Notes under the pieces: generated by a model | Told to the model about the DNA's origin: nothing | Seen by the model: only the letters and a program-made list of their open reading frames with translations | Database searches by the model: none | Shown: positions 28,361-37,331 of the stretch, in pieces | How the letters are laid out: the number at the start of each line of letters is the position of its first letter | How positions within the stretch are numbered: position 1 is the first letter of the stretch | Source: an uncultured virus (IMG/VR IMGVR_UViG_3300032255_000005) | Strand: one strand, 5' to 3' | DNA length: 42,601 nt | Virus record (IMG/VR): IMGVR_UViG_3300032255_000005 | Location: 1-42,601 of that record | Program-made: the position numbers and the translations under genes

Positions 28361-29707
28361 TCACACCTCGCTGTTATCCCCATAATTATCAAACCGACAA
28401 TACTTCCCCGTAAAAAGTAATCTTGATGTGCCTAACTCGCCGTTCCTTTGTTTGGCCACAATTATTTCAGCCGTACCCGCGTCAGCACTATCTTTGTTAT
28501 AAACTTCGTCTCGATATATAAATACAATCAGATCAGCATCCTGCTCAATTGCTCCAGACTGTCTAAGGTCTGACATCATCGGTCTTTTGTTTGGCCTCTT
28601 TTCCAGATCTCTGTTTAATTGTGATAAAGCAATAACGGGTATCTTTAATTCCTTAGCCAAGCTCTTTAAACCTTTTGAAATTAACTCGATAGAATGCGTT
28701 TGGTTTTCCCCGTCCCCAATCATTAACTGCAAATAATCAATAACAATTAAACCCACACCATATTTTTTAACTGCTCTACGAGCCCTTGAACGAACCTGCC
28801 CAACTGTTAAAGCAGGAGAATCATCAATTAAAAAATTTACATTATTCAACTTACCAACAGCCGTTGTTAGCTTAGGCCAATCATTATCATCAAGATTACC
28901 TTTCCGCAATTTAGTTAAATCTATCTTTCCTATAGCCGCCGTTTCCCTGAGAACAATTTCGTCTGACGGCATTTCCATTGAAAAAAGTAAACTTGCTGTC
29001 CCGCTCATCGCAACATGCCTTGCAATGTTTGTTGTAAAAGTCGTCTTCCCCATAGAGGGGCGCCCCGCAACAATAATAAAATTGCTATCGCATAACCCCA
29101 GAGTAATATCATCAAAACTTCCAAATCCTGTTGATAACCCAACCGTTTCTCCTCCGTTTTGAAAACGCTCATCAAGTGCATCAATAACACCGGGTAAAAT
29201 CTCAGATATATTTAAAACATTCTTCCCACCCTCATCATCCAAACTTAAAACACCGGCTTGCGCCTCATCAATAATAATTTCTGCCTTTTCATTTGAATGT
29301 GCCTGCCTGACAAGATTTGAGCCTAACCTTGAAAGTCGTCTTAAAGCAGATTTATCTTTTACTATCTTCGCATAAGCCTGAACATTTGCTGTTGTTGGAG
29401 TGTCTTTAGCTAACCTACCCAAATAAGCCATACCTCCAACCATATTAACCTCATCCCCCATGTACTCACTTAGCGTGACAACATCAAAAGGAATTTTATT
29501 GTTAGACATTTCTATCATCGTTTCATAAATTAACTGATTCCATGTTTGTGAGAAATCAGAAGATTTTATTTCAACCTCATCAAATAATCTGTCATCAATC
29601 AACAAAGATCCTAAAACACTTTGCTCAGCTTCTAGGCTATAAATATTTGGCGACTCAGAATCACCTTGATGAAAAGAATAGTAATCAGGCATGTTAGTGG
29701 AGTGCAT
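28361..29707 (-). CDS. dnaB: Replicative DNA helicase
   Basis: EAEQSVLGSLL, GRPSMGKTT, IDYLQL, LSQLNR, LRQSGAIEQDAD, KQRNG. Confidence 0.96.
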   Translation of the reverse strand: MHSTNMPDYYSFHQGDSESPNIYSLEAEQSVLGSLLIDDRLFDEVEIKSSDFSQTWNQLIYETMIEMSNNKIPFDVVTLSEYMGDEVNMVGGMAYLGRLAKDTPTTANVQAYAKIVKDKSALRRLSRLGSNLVRQAHSNEKAEIIIDEAQAGVLSLDDEGGKNVLNISEILPGVIDALDERFQNGGETVGLSTGFGSFDDITLGLCDSNFIIVAGRPSMGKTTFTTNIARHVAMSGTASLLFSMEMPSDEIVLRETAAIGKIDLTKLRKGNLDDNDWPKLTTAVGKLNNVNFLIDDSPALTVGQVRSRARRAVKKYGVGLIVIDYLQLMIGDGENQTHSIELISKGLKSLAKELKIPVIALSQLNRDLEKRPNKRPMMSDLRQSGAIEQDADLIVFIYRDEVYNKDSADAGTAEIIVAKQRNGELGTSRLLFTGKYCRFDNYGDNSEV

Positions 29708-30311
29708 TTTTTACCCTGTCCACATAATCGTCTGCAGGTTCTCTATCGAACGGATTAATATCTAACTCCAAACCAATCTTTCTACAAACACTATATTCAT
29801 CATCGTCAGGAGAAATACTTTTTACCTGTTGTTTGAATTTTTTTATTAAAGATTCCCCCTTTCTTTTTTCTTTCTTTTCTTTTGTATGGGCTGTTTTGGC
29901 TACAGTGAGTGTGGCTGTTTTGGCTACACTTCTGTGGCTGTTTTGGCTACAGTCTTTTTCTATAACTGGGGCTGTTTTGGCTACAGTCAACCACATCTTG
30001 TAACGCTTATTTATACCTATTGATTTGATGTGTTTCCCATGACTCAATCGACCCTTGCCTTTTTTTACAAAAACGTTTTTATCAATCAGATCATTAATTG
30101 TTTTCGATAAATGAGAACGGTCAATACCCGTCATAGAAGCTATCTGAACCGCAGAAACAGCATCATGCTTCTTACCGTTATAGCCGTATGTTTTTCGTAT
30201 CACAGAGAGCACGACATTAAGCTCACGCTTAGAAAAAGGGTGTTTGAGTATTGCTTCAAACAATTCGTTAGCAATGCGCGTATAGCCTTTCTCAAGCATT
30301 GGAACGCTCAA
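29694..30311 (-). CDS. Phage replication initiator (lambda O-like)
   Basis: GYTRIANELFEA...IRKTYGYN; contains iterons; coupled to dnaB. Confidence 0.88.
   Translation of the reverse strand: MSVPMLEKGYTRIANELFEAILKHPFSKRELNVVLSVIRKTYGYNGKKHDAVSAVQIASMTGIDRSHLSKTINDLIDKNVFVKKGKGRLSHGKHIKSIGINKRYKMWLTVAKTAPVIEKDCSQNSHRSVAKTATLTVAKTAHTKEKKEKRKGESLIKKFKQQVKSISPDDDEYSVCRKIGLELDINPFDREPADDYVDRVKNALH
29889..29985. repeat. Replication origin iterons: GGCTGTTTTGGCTACA x4
   Basis: Copies at 29889, 29913, 29936 and 29970 inside the O-like gene, next to an A/T tract; one copy is in a different reading frame, so selection acts on DNA. Confidence 0.88.
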
Positions 30312-30628
30312 TTAATACCACCTTCTGGCTTAAATAAAACTTTATCGCCACGCTCAATTTCTTTTTTTAGTGTGTTGAGAACCACATTCGTATTTATTAT
30401 TGGCTGCCCACGTAAGCAGATTGTTGTTGCGCCATTGTTATTTGTATTTTTATCTTTTACAGATTTTATTTTTTTGGAAAAATGATGTGTAGTGTGGCCT
30501 TCGTATTTATTTATTCGCATTAATAGATAACCCTGTCCTTCGATTGCTTTAATAAGCTGATCATCTAAATCGTTGCCGCTTAAAACCGCTATGTAATCTT
30601 GTTTATCCATTTGTTTGACCTCGCTCAC
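30308..30628 (-). CDS. Hypothetical phage protein
   Basis: 106-aa ORF coupled to the O-like gene. Confidence 0.6.
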   Translation of the reverse strand: MSEVKQMDKQDYIAVLSGNDLDDQLIKAIEGQGYLLMRINKYEGHTTHHFSKKIKSVKDKNTNNNGATTICLRGQPIINTNVVLNTLKKEIERGDKVLFKPEGGIN

Positions 30629-30812
30629 CGGTACTTAGCTGTGGTTTTCATTGTGCCTGCTCTTTGAAGTTTGCCGGGCAGTATGGGCAGTTCAGGCAGC
30701 CTGTCACGCAGGTATCAATGCGTTTTAAACATTCAGTAAAATTATTTATTTTCTTTTTCATTAACCGCCTATTTTTATTGAAACCATACCTTGCACGCCC
30801 ACATATTCTGTT

Positions 30813-31141
30813 GTTAGTGCCTGTATCTATTTTTTGAAAATGCGTTATCTATATCTTTCGCTATCTTATTAATAACTGGTGCAGCTACTTTCGCTAAATC
30901 CTTTTTTGCTATGTCGATCTCTACTGCACACCTAGATAAAGTTCCTTTTGTTTGCTTTAGCAGTTCCGCATCTGTTACAACGCTTTCCGGTAGCTCTAAA
31001 TAGGAACGCAAAGCACTAACAAGTCGCTCGTTTTTACCGCCTAATACATCGTTTACTTCTTGCTCTTTGGTTTCTTCGTCCATTATTTTGTTCCTTAGTT
31101 AATCAAGCTCGATCGGCTGCAACACATCTAAGGGGTTATCT
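30813..31141 (+). mobile_element. Orphan integron-cassette-like unit with degenerate attC (31014-31141)
   Basis: GTTAGTGC (30813) is the exact reverse complement of GCACTAAC (31013); a 5-nt spacer, imperfect arms and GTTATCT at 31135 follow. Confidence 0.55.
30814..31083 (-). CDS. Hypothetical protein (orphan cassette ORF)
   Basis: AAGGAA RBS and ATG lie inside the attC loop; stop codon lies in the GTTAG core. Confidence 0.7.
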   Translation of the reverse strand: MDEETKEQEVNDVLGGKNERLVSALRSYLELPESVVTDAELLKQTKGTLSRCAVEIDIAKKDLAKVAAPVINKIAKDIDNAFSKNRYRH

Positions 31142-31321
31142 TTTTATATCGTTGTCACTTATCTTTTTATCAATTGATTGCATTAACTGATTAATTTTAG
31201 CGTCAGTAAAAGGCTCGTTTTCAACCTGCAAAGTCACAGTTATATTTTTAACGCTTATTAATTTCCCTAATGAAAAACCGGCAACAAAACCCAACAGCGG
31301 AACTAAATAAATCCATATCAT
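31136..31321 (-). CDS. Small protein with N-terminal TM helix
   Basis: 61 aa, co-oriented in the early operon. Confidence 0.55.
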   Translation of the reverse strand: MIWIYLVPLLGFVAGFSLGKLISVKNITVTLQVENEPFTDAKINQLMQSIDKKISDNDIKR

Positions 31322-31324
31322 TTC

Positions 31325-31507
31325 TTACCCCTCATTCAAAACAAACCCATTTCGTTCACGTTTGCAGCCTGGTAAATGTTTGCCAACAGAGCACCGGAAC
31401 CGATCAACCATGTACTGATATTTTTTACAGGCAATACAACCCTTGGCTCTCATATCATCGTTCACAACCTTATCTAGCGTTGGATCTTTATATGTCTGAA
31501 AAGCCAT
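31325..31507 (-). CDS. Small Cys-containing hypothetical protein
   Basis: CIAC...C...C; co-oriented in the early operon. Confidence 0.6.
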   Translation of the reverse strand: MAFQTYKDPTLDKVVNDDMRAKGCIACKKYQYMVDRFRCSVGKHLPGCKRERNGFVLNEG

Positions 31508-31933
31508 GCTTTAAGGTTTAAACCCGTTTCTTATTTTAAATAAAATAAATAAAACAATTACAAACTGAAACCGAGTCCTATCAAATGCCAACATATAATC
31601 AGGCGTAACCTGAAACCACTGATAAATATAATTTGCGGACATAAAAGAAATGCAACTAACAACCAACCCTTTCATTGAGTTAACCCACCGAGCAATGTTC
31701 ATACTCATCTTCATTAGCGTCACAAACAAAAGGTTGGTTAAACTGGTGTAATATTGAAGCATCTTCGCTAAACATTGACTCAACGGCCATAGCTTGGCTG
31801 TAATCAGACGCCGAGCTGCTACCGATAATCAGCACATTATCAACAAACTAATTTAATGCTTTAACAAAACAAAACCCCATAAAACATACTGATAGAACAA
31901 GAACTAAACCTACTAACACTGCGATATGCCACG

Positions 31934-32164
31934 TCATGACTTACCCTCCGTTACCATTTTTTTATTTAGTTGCTTTAAAATTTCAGTTAATACCTCATCA
32001 ACATCATTACCCGTAATATGAGCCGGCACCAAAACAGAAGCGCTCATACCCATTGCATCAGGCTTATAATAAACACCCGCAACAACATGCCCCTGAGCAT
32101 CAACATCAATCGTTGTGTGATAACCCAGCTTCTGTATAGATTCTAATTTTTTCTCGATGCCCAA
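31934..32164 (-). CDS. Hypothetical phage protein
   Basis: 76-aa ORF in a tightly packed operon. Confidence 0.55.
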   Translation of the reverse strand: MGIEKKLESIQKLGYHTTIDVDAQGHVVAGVYYKPDAMGMSASVLVPAHITGNDVDEVLTEILKQLNKKMVTEGKS

Positions 32165-32394
32165 ATTCTTTTAATCCTTTCCTTTAAATCCTCAATAAAT
32201 GCATCGGCCTGTTTTTTATATATCTGCTTTGGCCCTAAACGCTGCTCATGCATTCGCCTTAAAAAATCATTACGCAATGCAGGCGTATCAAATCGACTTA
32301 AAATTTCACCTGCCAAACAATCTAAAAAATAATCCCGCTGGTCGTGTAATATCTTATGAATTACATCAGTCTCATATACCGGCATTAGAGACAT
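32143..32394 (-). CDS. Hypothetical phage protein
   Basis: 83-aa ORF in a tightly packed operon. Confidence 0.55.
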   Translation of the reverse strand: MSLMPVYETDVIHKILHDQRDYFLDCLAGEILSRFDTPALRNDFLRRMHEQRLGPKQIYKKQADAFIEDLKERIKRIWASRKN

Positions 32395-32782
32395 ACTCTA
32401 ATGCCGATTTAATTCTGCTCAAGACAATCGCCTGCTCAGGCCGAACGTTGACCATAAGCTGATCTATTACAATCATTTTTGCCGGCAAGTCTGTATTTAT
32501 TTTTTTAATTGCCCTGTTTAACGAAGCCGAAACCTTTTTCGCTTTTGCTTTAGCATTAACACGCTTCACCTTTTCTTTTTCGTTTAGATACTTCGCATGA
32601 TGAAAGCGACCAAGCCACACATAAATATTTGCGTTTCTTTTTAAATTACTTAACAAGCTTTCAAAGGCAATCTTTAAACCTGTATAGCCACACTCATCAT
32701 AAAGCGAATCAAAATCCAAGCCCTCTGGGTTTTCTTCGAGAACCATCAACACCATTGCTCTTGTGCTTAATTGGTTAGCCAC
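32372..32782 (-). CDS. Hypothetical protein (possible N-terminal wHTH)
   Basis: 136 aa abutting the CII-like gene. Confidence 0.6.
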   Translation of the reverse strand: MANQLSTRAMVLMVLEENPEGLDFDSLYDECGYTGLKIAFESLLSNLKRNANIYVWLGRFHHAKYLNEKEKVKRVNAKAKAKKVSASLNRAIKKINTDLPAKMIVIDQLMVNVRPEQAIVLSRIKSALEYVSNAGI

Positions 32783-33313
32783 TTAGTCAGCCTTTTTAAA
32801 ATGAGCCACGTTGTCCTCTGGTTCAGCCATATCTTCAAGAACGCATGCCATCTCAAGTGCCTCTTTATAATCCTTAACAACTTCTTTTCTTATTTCTGCG
32901 ACTTCTGCTTGCGTAATCTTTCCATCGGATAAAGCTTCTTTTATACGTTGACCTGTTTTAGCAACTTCTGATTGCCAATCCGCCCACTCACTCAATAGGT
33001 CCATATCACTTGAAAATCTATCTAACGTGGGTAATGCAGTCATCGCAAACCCACAATCCCGATTCATTGTTTCAAGCATTCTGAAATCGTTAGTTGCCAA
33101 CATCACCGTTCGCATTTCTTTAATATTAAAATTTGCCAAAAAATCAGTCCGGCTTGCTTTATTTTGAACAGTGGACGGACGCATACCTGTAATGTTCGCC
33201 ACGCCAATCGCCCCCTTTTTACCCGTGTTAGAATCAACAAAATCATGAACCGTTTCATACGCCGCCTGATCTAAAGAATCAATATCATGAGCATCCATAG
33301 TGACTTCCCCCAA
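32783..33313 (-). CDS. Phage regulatory CII-family protein (186/CP76-like)
   Basis: VANITGMRPSTVQNK HTH; EALSDGKITQAE; downstream of cro. Confidence 0.7.
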   Translation of the reverse strand: MGEVTMDAHDIDSLDQAAYETVHDFVDSNTGKKGAIGVANITGMRPSTVQNKASRTDFLANFNIKEMRTVMLATNDFRMLETMNRDCGFAMTALPTLDRFSSDMDLLSEWADWQSEVAKTGQRIKEALSDGKITQAEVAEIRKEVVKDYKEALEMACVLEDMAEPEDNVAHFKKAD

Positions 33314-33408
33314 ATTTCGCCTAGCAAAAATACCAAGCCGTTGTAAGATGTAAAAAAAGCAAAAACAAAGCTACACTTTGAATTGCGAACTTAAAAAAAG
33401 AGATAAAT

Positions 33409-33633
33409 ATGACAACCAAAACAGCCAAAGACCGAATTGATGAACTCGACCACGACAACAGCCATTTATATTTTTTACTCGGCGCACTAAGCGATGCATA
33501 CAGCCAAATGAATGAAATCGCCAAACGCGAGTTTATGAACGTGTTAGAAAAGAAATTGGAAAATGCCAAAACAACCGAGCCCGAATGCGCCGAAACACTA
33601 GAAACGTTTATGGACGCAATGGACAGAGAATAA
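33409..33633 (+). CDS. Hypothetical protein, paralog of 28073-28300
   Basis: Shared 17-aa identical motif; antisense to the cro-cII operon. Confidence 0.75.
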   Translation: MTTKTAKDRIDELDHDNSHLYFLLGALSDAYSQMNEIAKREFMNVLEKKLENAKTTEPECAETLETFMDAMDRE

Positions 33634-33634
33634 A

Positions 33635-33856
33635 TCATGCTGCGCCCTGTTCAGACTGCAAGTAAATATCCGGGCGTATTTCGTGAAGCTGGACTTCATT
33701 ATTAGTCGATTGGCTGATTTTTTGAGCCAACAAAGCCCCAGCCTTGCGATGACCGTATGCAACTTGAGACAAATAGGCATAATTAGTACCCGCCTCTTCC
33801 GCCACCCTTTTAGCTGTGGCCGTGCCGTATGTTTCAATGTATTTTTTTAGATTCAT
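33635..33856 (-). CDS. cro: Cro-like repressor (YdaS-like)
   Basis: MNLKKYIE...VAEEAGTNYAYLSQVAYGHR...EIRPDIY; divergent from the repressor; start re-assigned from the ORF track. Confidence 0.85.
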   Translation of the reverse strand: MNLKKYIETYGTATAKRVAEEAGTNYAYLSQVAYGHRKAGALLAQKISQSTNNEVQLHEIRPDIYLQSEQGAA

Positions 33857-33866
33857 GAACCAATAA

Positions 33867-33929
33867 TAGCAAAATGCTAAACTAATGCAATAGCTTTTTG
33901 CTAATAGTGTAAATAATAGCAATTTGCTA
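33867..33929. promoter_or_regulatory. OR-like operator triplet TAGC-N5-GCTA
   Basis: TAGCAAAATGCTA (33867), TAGCTTTTTGCTA (33891), TAGCAATTTGCTA (33917) between cro and cI. Confidence 0.85.
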
Positions 33930-33931
33930 CG

Positions 33932-34423
33932 ATGGAGCCTATGGAAACGAAAGATATTCGACGAATAAACCTGGTTGAGCTGCTTAAAAATTATGACAGC
34001 AAGCAAGCCTTTGCCGACTCTGTTGATATGGCACCGGCTCACGTTAGCCAGATAATCAGCGAATACAGGTCAATGGGCAGCATTATCGCCAGAAGAATCG
34101 AGGAAAAAGCAGGCTTACCCGCCGGCTATATGGACGTTAATCACAGCCAATTAACATTCGGCGTAAACGAAGAACGGCCGCTAGCATACACTCCAGACCC
34201 AGAAAGCCTATCCGAAGAAAAAGCTTTTGAGTTCGTGGACGAATTTCAGCATCAGCTTGATATTAAGCTGACCCCAAAGGATAAAATGGAGCTTTTTAGG
34301 CGAATGAAAGAGCGCTATTTAAGGCAGCTAGAAGAAGGACAAGGCGTCCCCAACACAGAGAACAAAATGAAAGCCGAAGTTATCGACTTTTTAGACATAT
34401 CAAAACAGATGAAAAACCGATAA
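33932..34423 (+). CDS. CI-like repressor (HTH, no S24 peptidase domain)
   Basis: IRRINL...KQAFADSVDMAPAHVSQI...IARRIEEKAGLPAGYMD. Confidence 0.82.
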   Translation: MEPMETKDIRRINLVELLKNYDSKQAFADSVDMAPAHVSQIISEYRSMGSIIARRIEEKAGLPAGYMDVNHSQLTFGVNEERPLAYTPDPESLSEEKAFEFVDEFQHQLDIKLTPKDKMELFRRMKERYLRQLEEGQGVPNTENKMKAEVIDFLDISKQMKNR

Positions 34424-34427
34424 ACAA

Positions 34428-35315
34428 CTATAAAGAGTTTACCCAGACCTCTTCACTGATTATTGAAACGCCCCTTCCGCTTTCTTTTAGTTCTTGTGCC
34501 TTTTCAATTTTTCGACCAAAAGAAGTATTTGCCCAGTCCCGACTGGATAAAGCGCCAACAACCAAATAATCCAGCTTAACTACAACCGTTTTGCAAGTAT
34601 TACCGCCCCGCTCTGTCGTTAGGTTCTCGCACGTTTTACGCGAGCCCTTAATAAACTTACCGGTAAAGCAAAACACCTTTCCATCAAACTCAACGCAATC
34701 CGGCTCATCCATCCCTAAGCGAACAGACATCCCAGAAACCTCACCGTGTTCGGTCACATGCCCACCAATCAAGTCAACAAGCACCCCATGCAAATGATTT
34801 CGTTCTTCGTCAGTAATAATGCCGTCTTTTAGAATATTATGAACGTTTGAAACAACTACACTAAGAGGCCATCTATCTTTCCATTCACCACATCGACGAA
34901 GCCAGCGAGAAAGGTTTTTAATTTCTTTATCATTCAGCACGTGATCAGCCGTCATACCTCGCGCAATACCAGTTAACCGAGTAATCGCATCATCAGCAGA
35001 ATATAAGCCATCATCAGACTCATTTTCTAACACTATATTAAGCAACCCCAACAGATCTTCCAGCTCATCAACAGAAACCCTGCCATCCGCCAAAATATCC
35101 GTAGTTAAATCCAACAAATCAAAAAAATCCGGATCACTCTTTAACCATAGCTCATTACTTCGTAGCCAGGCATCCAATAAAGCCGCCTCAATCTCATTCA
35201 AAGCCTTGTCCGCAGTAACGCCCTGACAAAACCCCATTAACTCAGCAAGCGCCTTTTCTTTATTGTTATGAAAATGTATCCCAAAGCCCGGTTGGCCATC
35301 TGCATCCTTATTCAT
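34428..35315 (-). CDS. BRCT-domain protein
   Basis: C-terminal FCFTGKF..GSRK.CE...GG...LDYLVVG...W...FGRKIEKA...IISEEVW; duplicated helical N-terminal repeats. Confidence 0.82.
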   Translation of the reverse strand: MNKDADGQPGFGIHFHNNKEKALAELMGFCQGVTADKALNEIEAALLDAWLRSNELWLKSDPDFFDLLDLTTDILADGRVSVDELEDLLGLLNIVLENESDDGLYSADDAITRLTGIARGMTADHVLNDKEIKNLSRWLRRCGEWKDRWPLSVVVSNVHNILKDGIITDEERNHLHGVLVDLIGGHVTEHGEVSGMSVRLGMDEPDCVEFDGKVFCFTGKFIKGSRKTCENLTTERGGNTCKTVVVKLDYLVVGALSSRDWANTSFGRKIEKAQELKESGRGVSIISEEVWVNSL

Positions 35316-35371
35316 ACACCCTCCTTATATATGGAATTTAAAAGTATACATAAAGAAAAAAAATAAAAACT

Positions 35372-35425
35372 TAGCAAAATGCTATTGACGGCTTTAGCAA
35401 ACTGCACTACATTAGCATTATGCTA
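35372..35425 (+). promoter_or_regulatory. PL-like promoter with OL-like operator triplet
   Basis: TTGACG (35385)-N17-TACATT (35408) overlapped by TAGCAAAATGCTA (35372), TAGCAAACTGCAC (35395), TAGCATTATGCTA (35413). Confidence 0.85.
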
Positions 35426-35674
35426 TTGCAGAATGTAAACAACAAAGGGAAAAACATTATGAGCAACATGATCACTTTACACCCTAGCGTAACCATAAAT
35501 CAGGCGCTCCAAATGCTACGCGACTACCCCGCAATAACCCGTATTGACGGCAACGACCGCCAGCGATTCCTAGTCACTCGCAGCGAACAAGGCAACATGG
35601 GGTTTGTGAAAGTCCCAAAACGCAAAGACCAGTTAAGCGGCCTACCCTGCAACCCAGTAGAAAGCAAAAACTAA
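35420..35674 (+). CDS. Hypothetical early protein; start likely 35459
   Basis: First ORF after PL; AAGGG RBS. Confidence 0.6.
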   Translation: MLLQNVNNKGKNIMSNMITLHPSVTINQALQMLRDYPAITRIDGNDRQRFLVTRSEQGNMGFVKVPKRKDQLSGLPCNPVESKN

Positions 35675-35985
35675 TGGCTGCGCACTTGAATACTTTAACC
35701 ATGCAAGAAGCCGCCAAGATCGTCGGCATCGGCTCAAAAAAATTATTTAAGTTACTCAGAGAGAAAAAAGTCCTAAATCAAAACAACCTGCCCTATCAAC
35801 GATACATCGATAACGGTTACTTAAAAGTAGATTCAGGCAGCTGGAACCACCCCGAAGTAGGCGAAAAGCTATACGCAAAAACCATCGTCACCGTAAAAGG
35901 GGTTGAGTGGATAGAAAATTTAATAAAACAACAACACCAGGTAATTAAAAATGAGCAGCCAACAGAACATAGAACAGCGATATAA
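35674..35985 (+). CDS. Phage antirepressor KilAC-domain protein
   Basis: AAKIVGIGSKKLFKLLRE...NLPYQRYIDNGY...TIVTVKGVEWI. Confidence 0.88.
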   Translation: MAAHLNTLTMQEAAKIVGIGSKKLFKLLREKKVLNQNNLPYQRYIDNGYLKVDSGSWNHPEVGEKLYAKTIVTVKGVEWIENLIKQQHQVIKNEQPTEHRTAI

Positions 35986-36127
35986 AGAAGCAATGTACCA
36001 CCTAAGTTGCCTAACCGTTTTTGTTGAACAAGGCTCGCCTGACGATTTTCCGTGCACACTAAAACAAACAAAAAAGTTTTTAGAAAAAGAAAACACACTC
36101 AAACAAGAAGCAAGCAATGCTAAATAA
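35951..36127 (+). CDS. Small hypothetical protein (58 aa)
   Basis: MSSQQNIEQRYKEAMYHLSCL...; fills the operon gap, below the ORF-track cutoff. Confidence 0.5.
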   Translation: MSSQQNIEQRYKEAMYHLSCLTVFVEQGSPDDFPCTLKQTKKFLEKENTLKQEASNAK

Positions 36128-36374
36128 CTTACTGATTATCGCAATAAGTAACGAAGCTCAATTATGGGGTATGGCAAGCAGCCACGCCCACCTGCAAAGC
36201 ATGTGGGAAAAAAGAATTAAAAAAGAAACACATCAGCTTACAGACAAGCAAGCTAAAGCCGTTGCAATTGCACAAGCTGGCGCATTTGCGCTAGCGATGC
36301 AGTTGGTTACTGTAAACATGATGCGTGATATGACTTTGATGTTGAAAATATATTCAGACATTAAAGGCAATTAA
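36117..36374 (+). CDS. Hypothetical protein; stop codon lies in the outermost attC core
   Basis: 85-aa ORF ending in AATTAAC. Confidence 0.55.
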   Translation: MLNNLLIIAISNEAQLWGMASSHAHLQSMWEKRIKKETHQLTDKQAKAVAIAQAGAFALAMQLVTVNMMRDMTLMLKIYSDIKGN

Positions 36375-36435
36375 CGCCCATGTTCACGGGAAAACGAGCG
36401 TTAGCGAGTGCATCCCGTGGAATTAATTGTTAGGG
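36369..36435 (-). repeat. attC: attC site (cassette 6)
   Basis: Minus: CCCTAAC-AATTA-ATTCCACG...CGTGAAC-ATGGGC-GTTAATT, extra C in L''. Confidence 0.9.
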
Positions 36436-36467
36436 TTTTGTGGTGTAAATAAATTAACGAGGGCTAT

Positions 36468-36764
36468 ATGAAGATGATGTCTTATGAGAAATACGCGGTC
36501 TTTACAGAATACCTCAATTACATGAAGGAGAACCCGTCTGTCACCCCAGCCAGACGCGAAATTAACGGGGCGATGTATATATGGGTTGAGGATGTATCCG
36601 GGCGTTCTCGCGGATTTTGGCTATCTGAGCCGAAAACAATAGAACCAACAAAAACCGAAATCAACGATGAAGAGGTGAGAGAGCTTCTGTTAGGTTCAAT
36701 GTCGCGGCTCCCTACTTTCGATGAGTTCGCGAAGCAGGTCAAAGATGATACTGACGACCCCTAA
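36468..36764 (+). CDS. Cassette 6 ORF, hypothetical
   Basis: GAGG RBS; stop codon inside CCCTAAC. Confidence 0.8.
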   Translation: MKMMSYEKYAVFTEYLNYMKENPSVTPARREINGAMYIWVEDVSGRSRGFWLSEPKTIEPTKTEINDEEVRELLLGSMSRLPTFDEFAKQVKDDTDDP

Positions 36765-36843
36765 CGGCGCTGTTAATTTGCGCCACAGATTGACCAGAGA
36801 AAAGAGCGGCGCTTACGGCGTCAAATTGAATGAATTGTTATGT
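36759..36843 (-). repeat. attC: attC site (cassette 5)
   Basis: Minus: ACATAAC-AATTC-ATTCAATT-TGACGCC...GGCGCA-AATTAAC-AGCGCC-GTTAGGG. Confidence 0.92.
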
Positions 36844-36863
36844 TTTTAACTGAGGAATGAAAA

Positions 36864-37049
36864 GTGGAAATTAGATTGAATGACGATGAAATTCGAGAAG
36901 CACTCACAGAAGCCTTAAATAGAAAGGTTGATTATGCCGTAACGGCTAAAGCTGAAGAATGCTGGTTTGAAGTTAAGGCTGGTGTAATTAATGGTGAAGA
37001 TGTCGATGATATTCACGATGTCCAGTTTTGCTTTAAGACAGACACATAA
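36864..37049 (+). CDS. Cassette 5 ORF, hypothetical acidic protein
   Basis: GAGG RBS; stop codon inside ACATAAC. Confidence 0.8.
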   Translation: MEIRLNDDEIREALTEALNRKVDYAVTAKAEECWFEVKAGVINGEDVDDIHDVQFCFKTDT

Positions 37050-37104
37050 CGATTAAGTTAAAAAGCGCCGCTTTTTGGCGTCCTTTTTGAACGCCTTGTT
37101 ATAA
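37044..37104 (-). repeat. attC: attC site (cassette 4)
   Basis: Minus: TTATAAC-AAGGC-GTTCAAAA...TTTTAAC-TTAATC-GTTATGT. Confidence 0.92.
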
Positions 37105-37124
37105 GGCGTTACCACGGAGGCAAG

Positions 37125-37331
37125 ATGAATATTGATGTAACAATAGAGCGAATTGACAACGGCTACATAGTTACCGGAAACGACTCAACAAAAAACAAAA
37201 ACTATTTTGTAAGCCTAGAAAAATTTGCTGAGTCACAAATTATTGAAGATTTACGAGAGCTAGACGCCGCGATACGCGAACACGAAAAACCAAATGAGCC
37301 GTTTACTTTCAAGATAACGAGTGACTTATAA
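37125..37331 (+). CDS. Cassette 4 ORF, hypothetical
   Basis: GGAGG RBS; IERIDNGYIV motif; stop codon inside TTATAAC. Confidence 0.82.
   Translation: MNIDVTIERIDNGYIVTGNDSTKNKNYFVSLEKFAESQIIEDLRELDAAIREHEKPNEPFTFKITSDL

Noticed and set aside
31511-31783. 90-aa minus-strand ORF as given in the track
   Set aside because: Probably a shorter membrane ORF preceded by another small gene; boundaries too uncertain to call.
36117-36374. ORF as a further cassette of the array
   Set aside because: Its stop lies in the outer core, but no complementary core or attC palindrome is visible at its other end.
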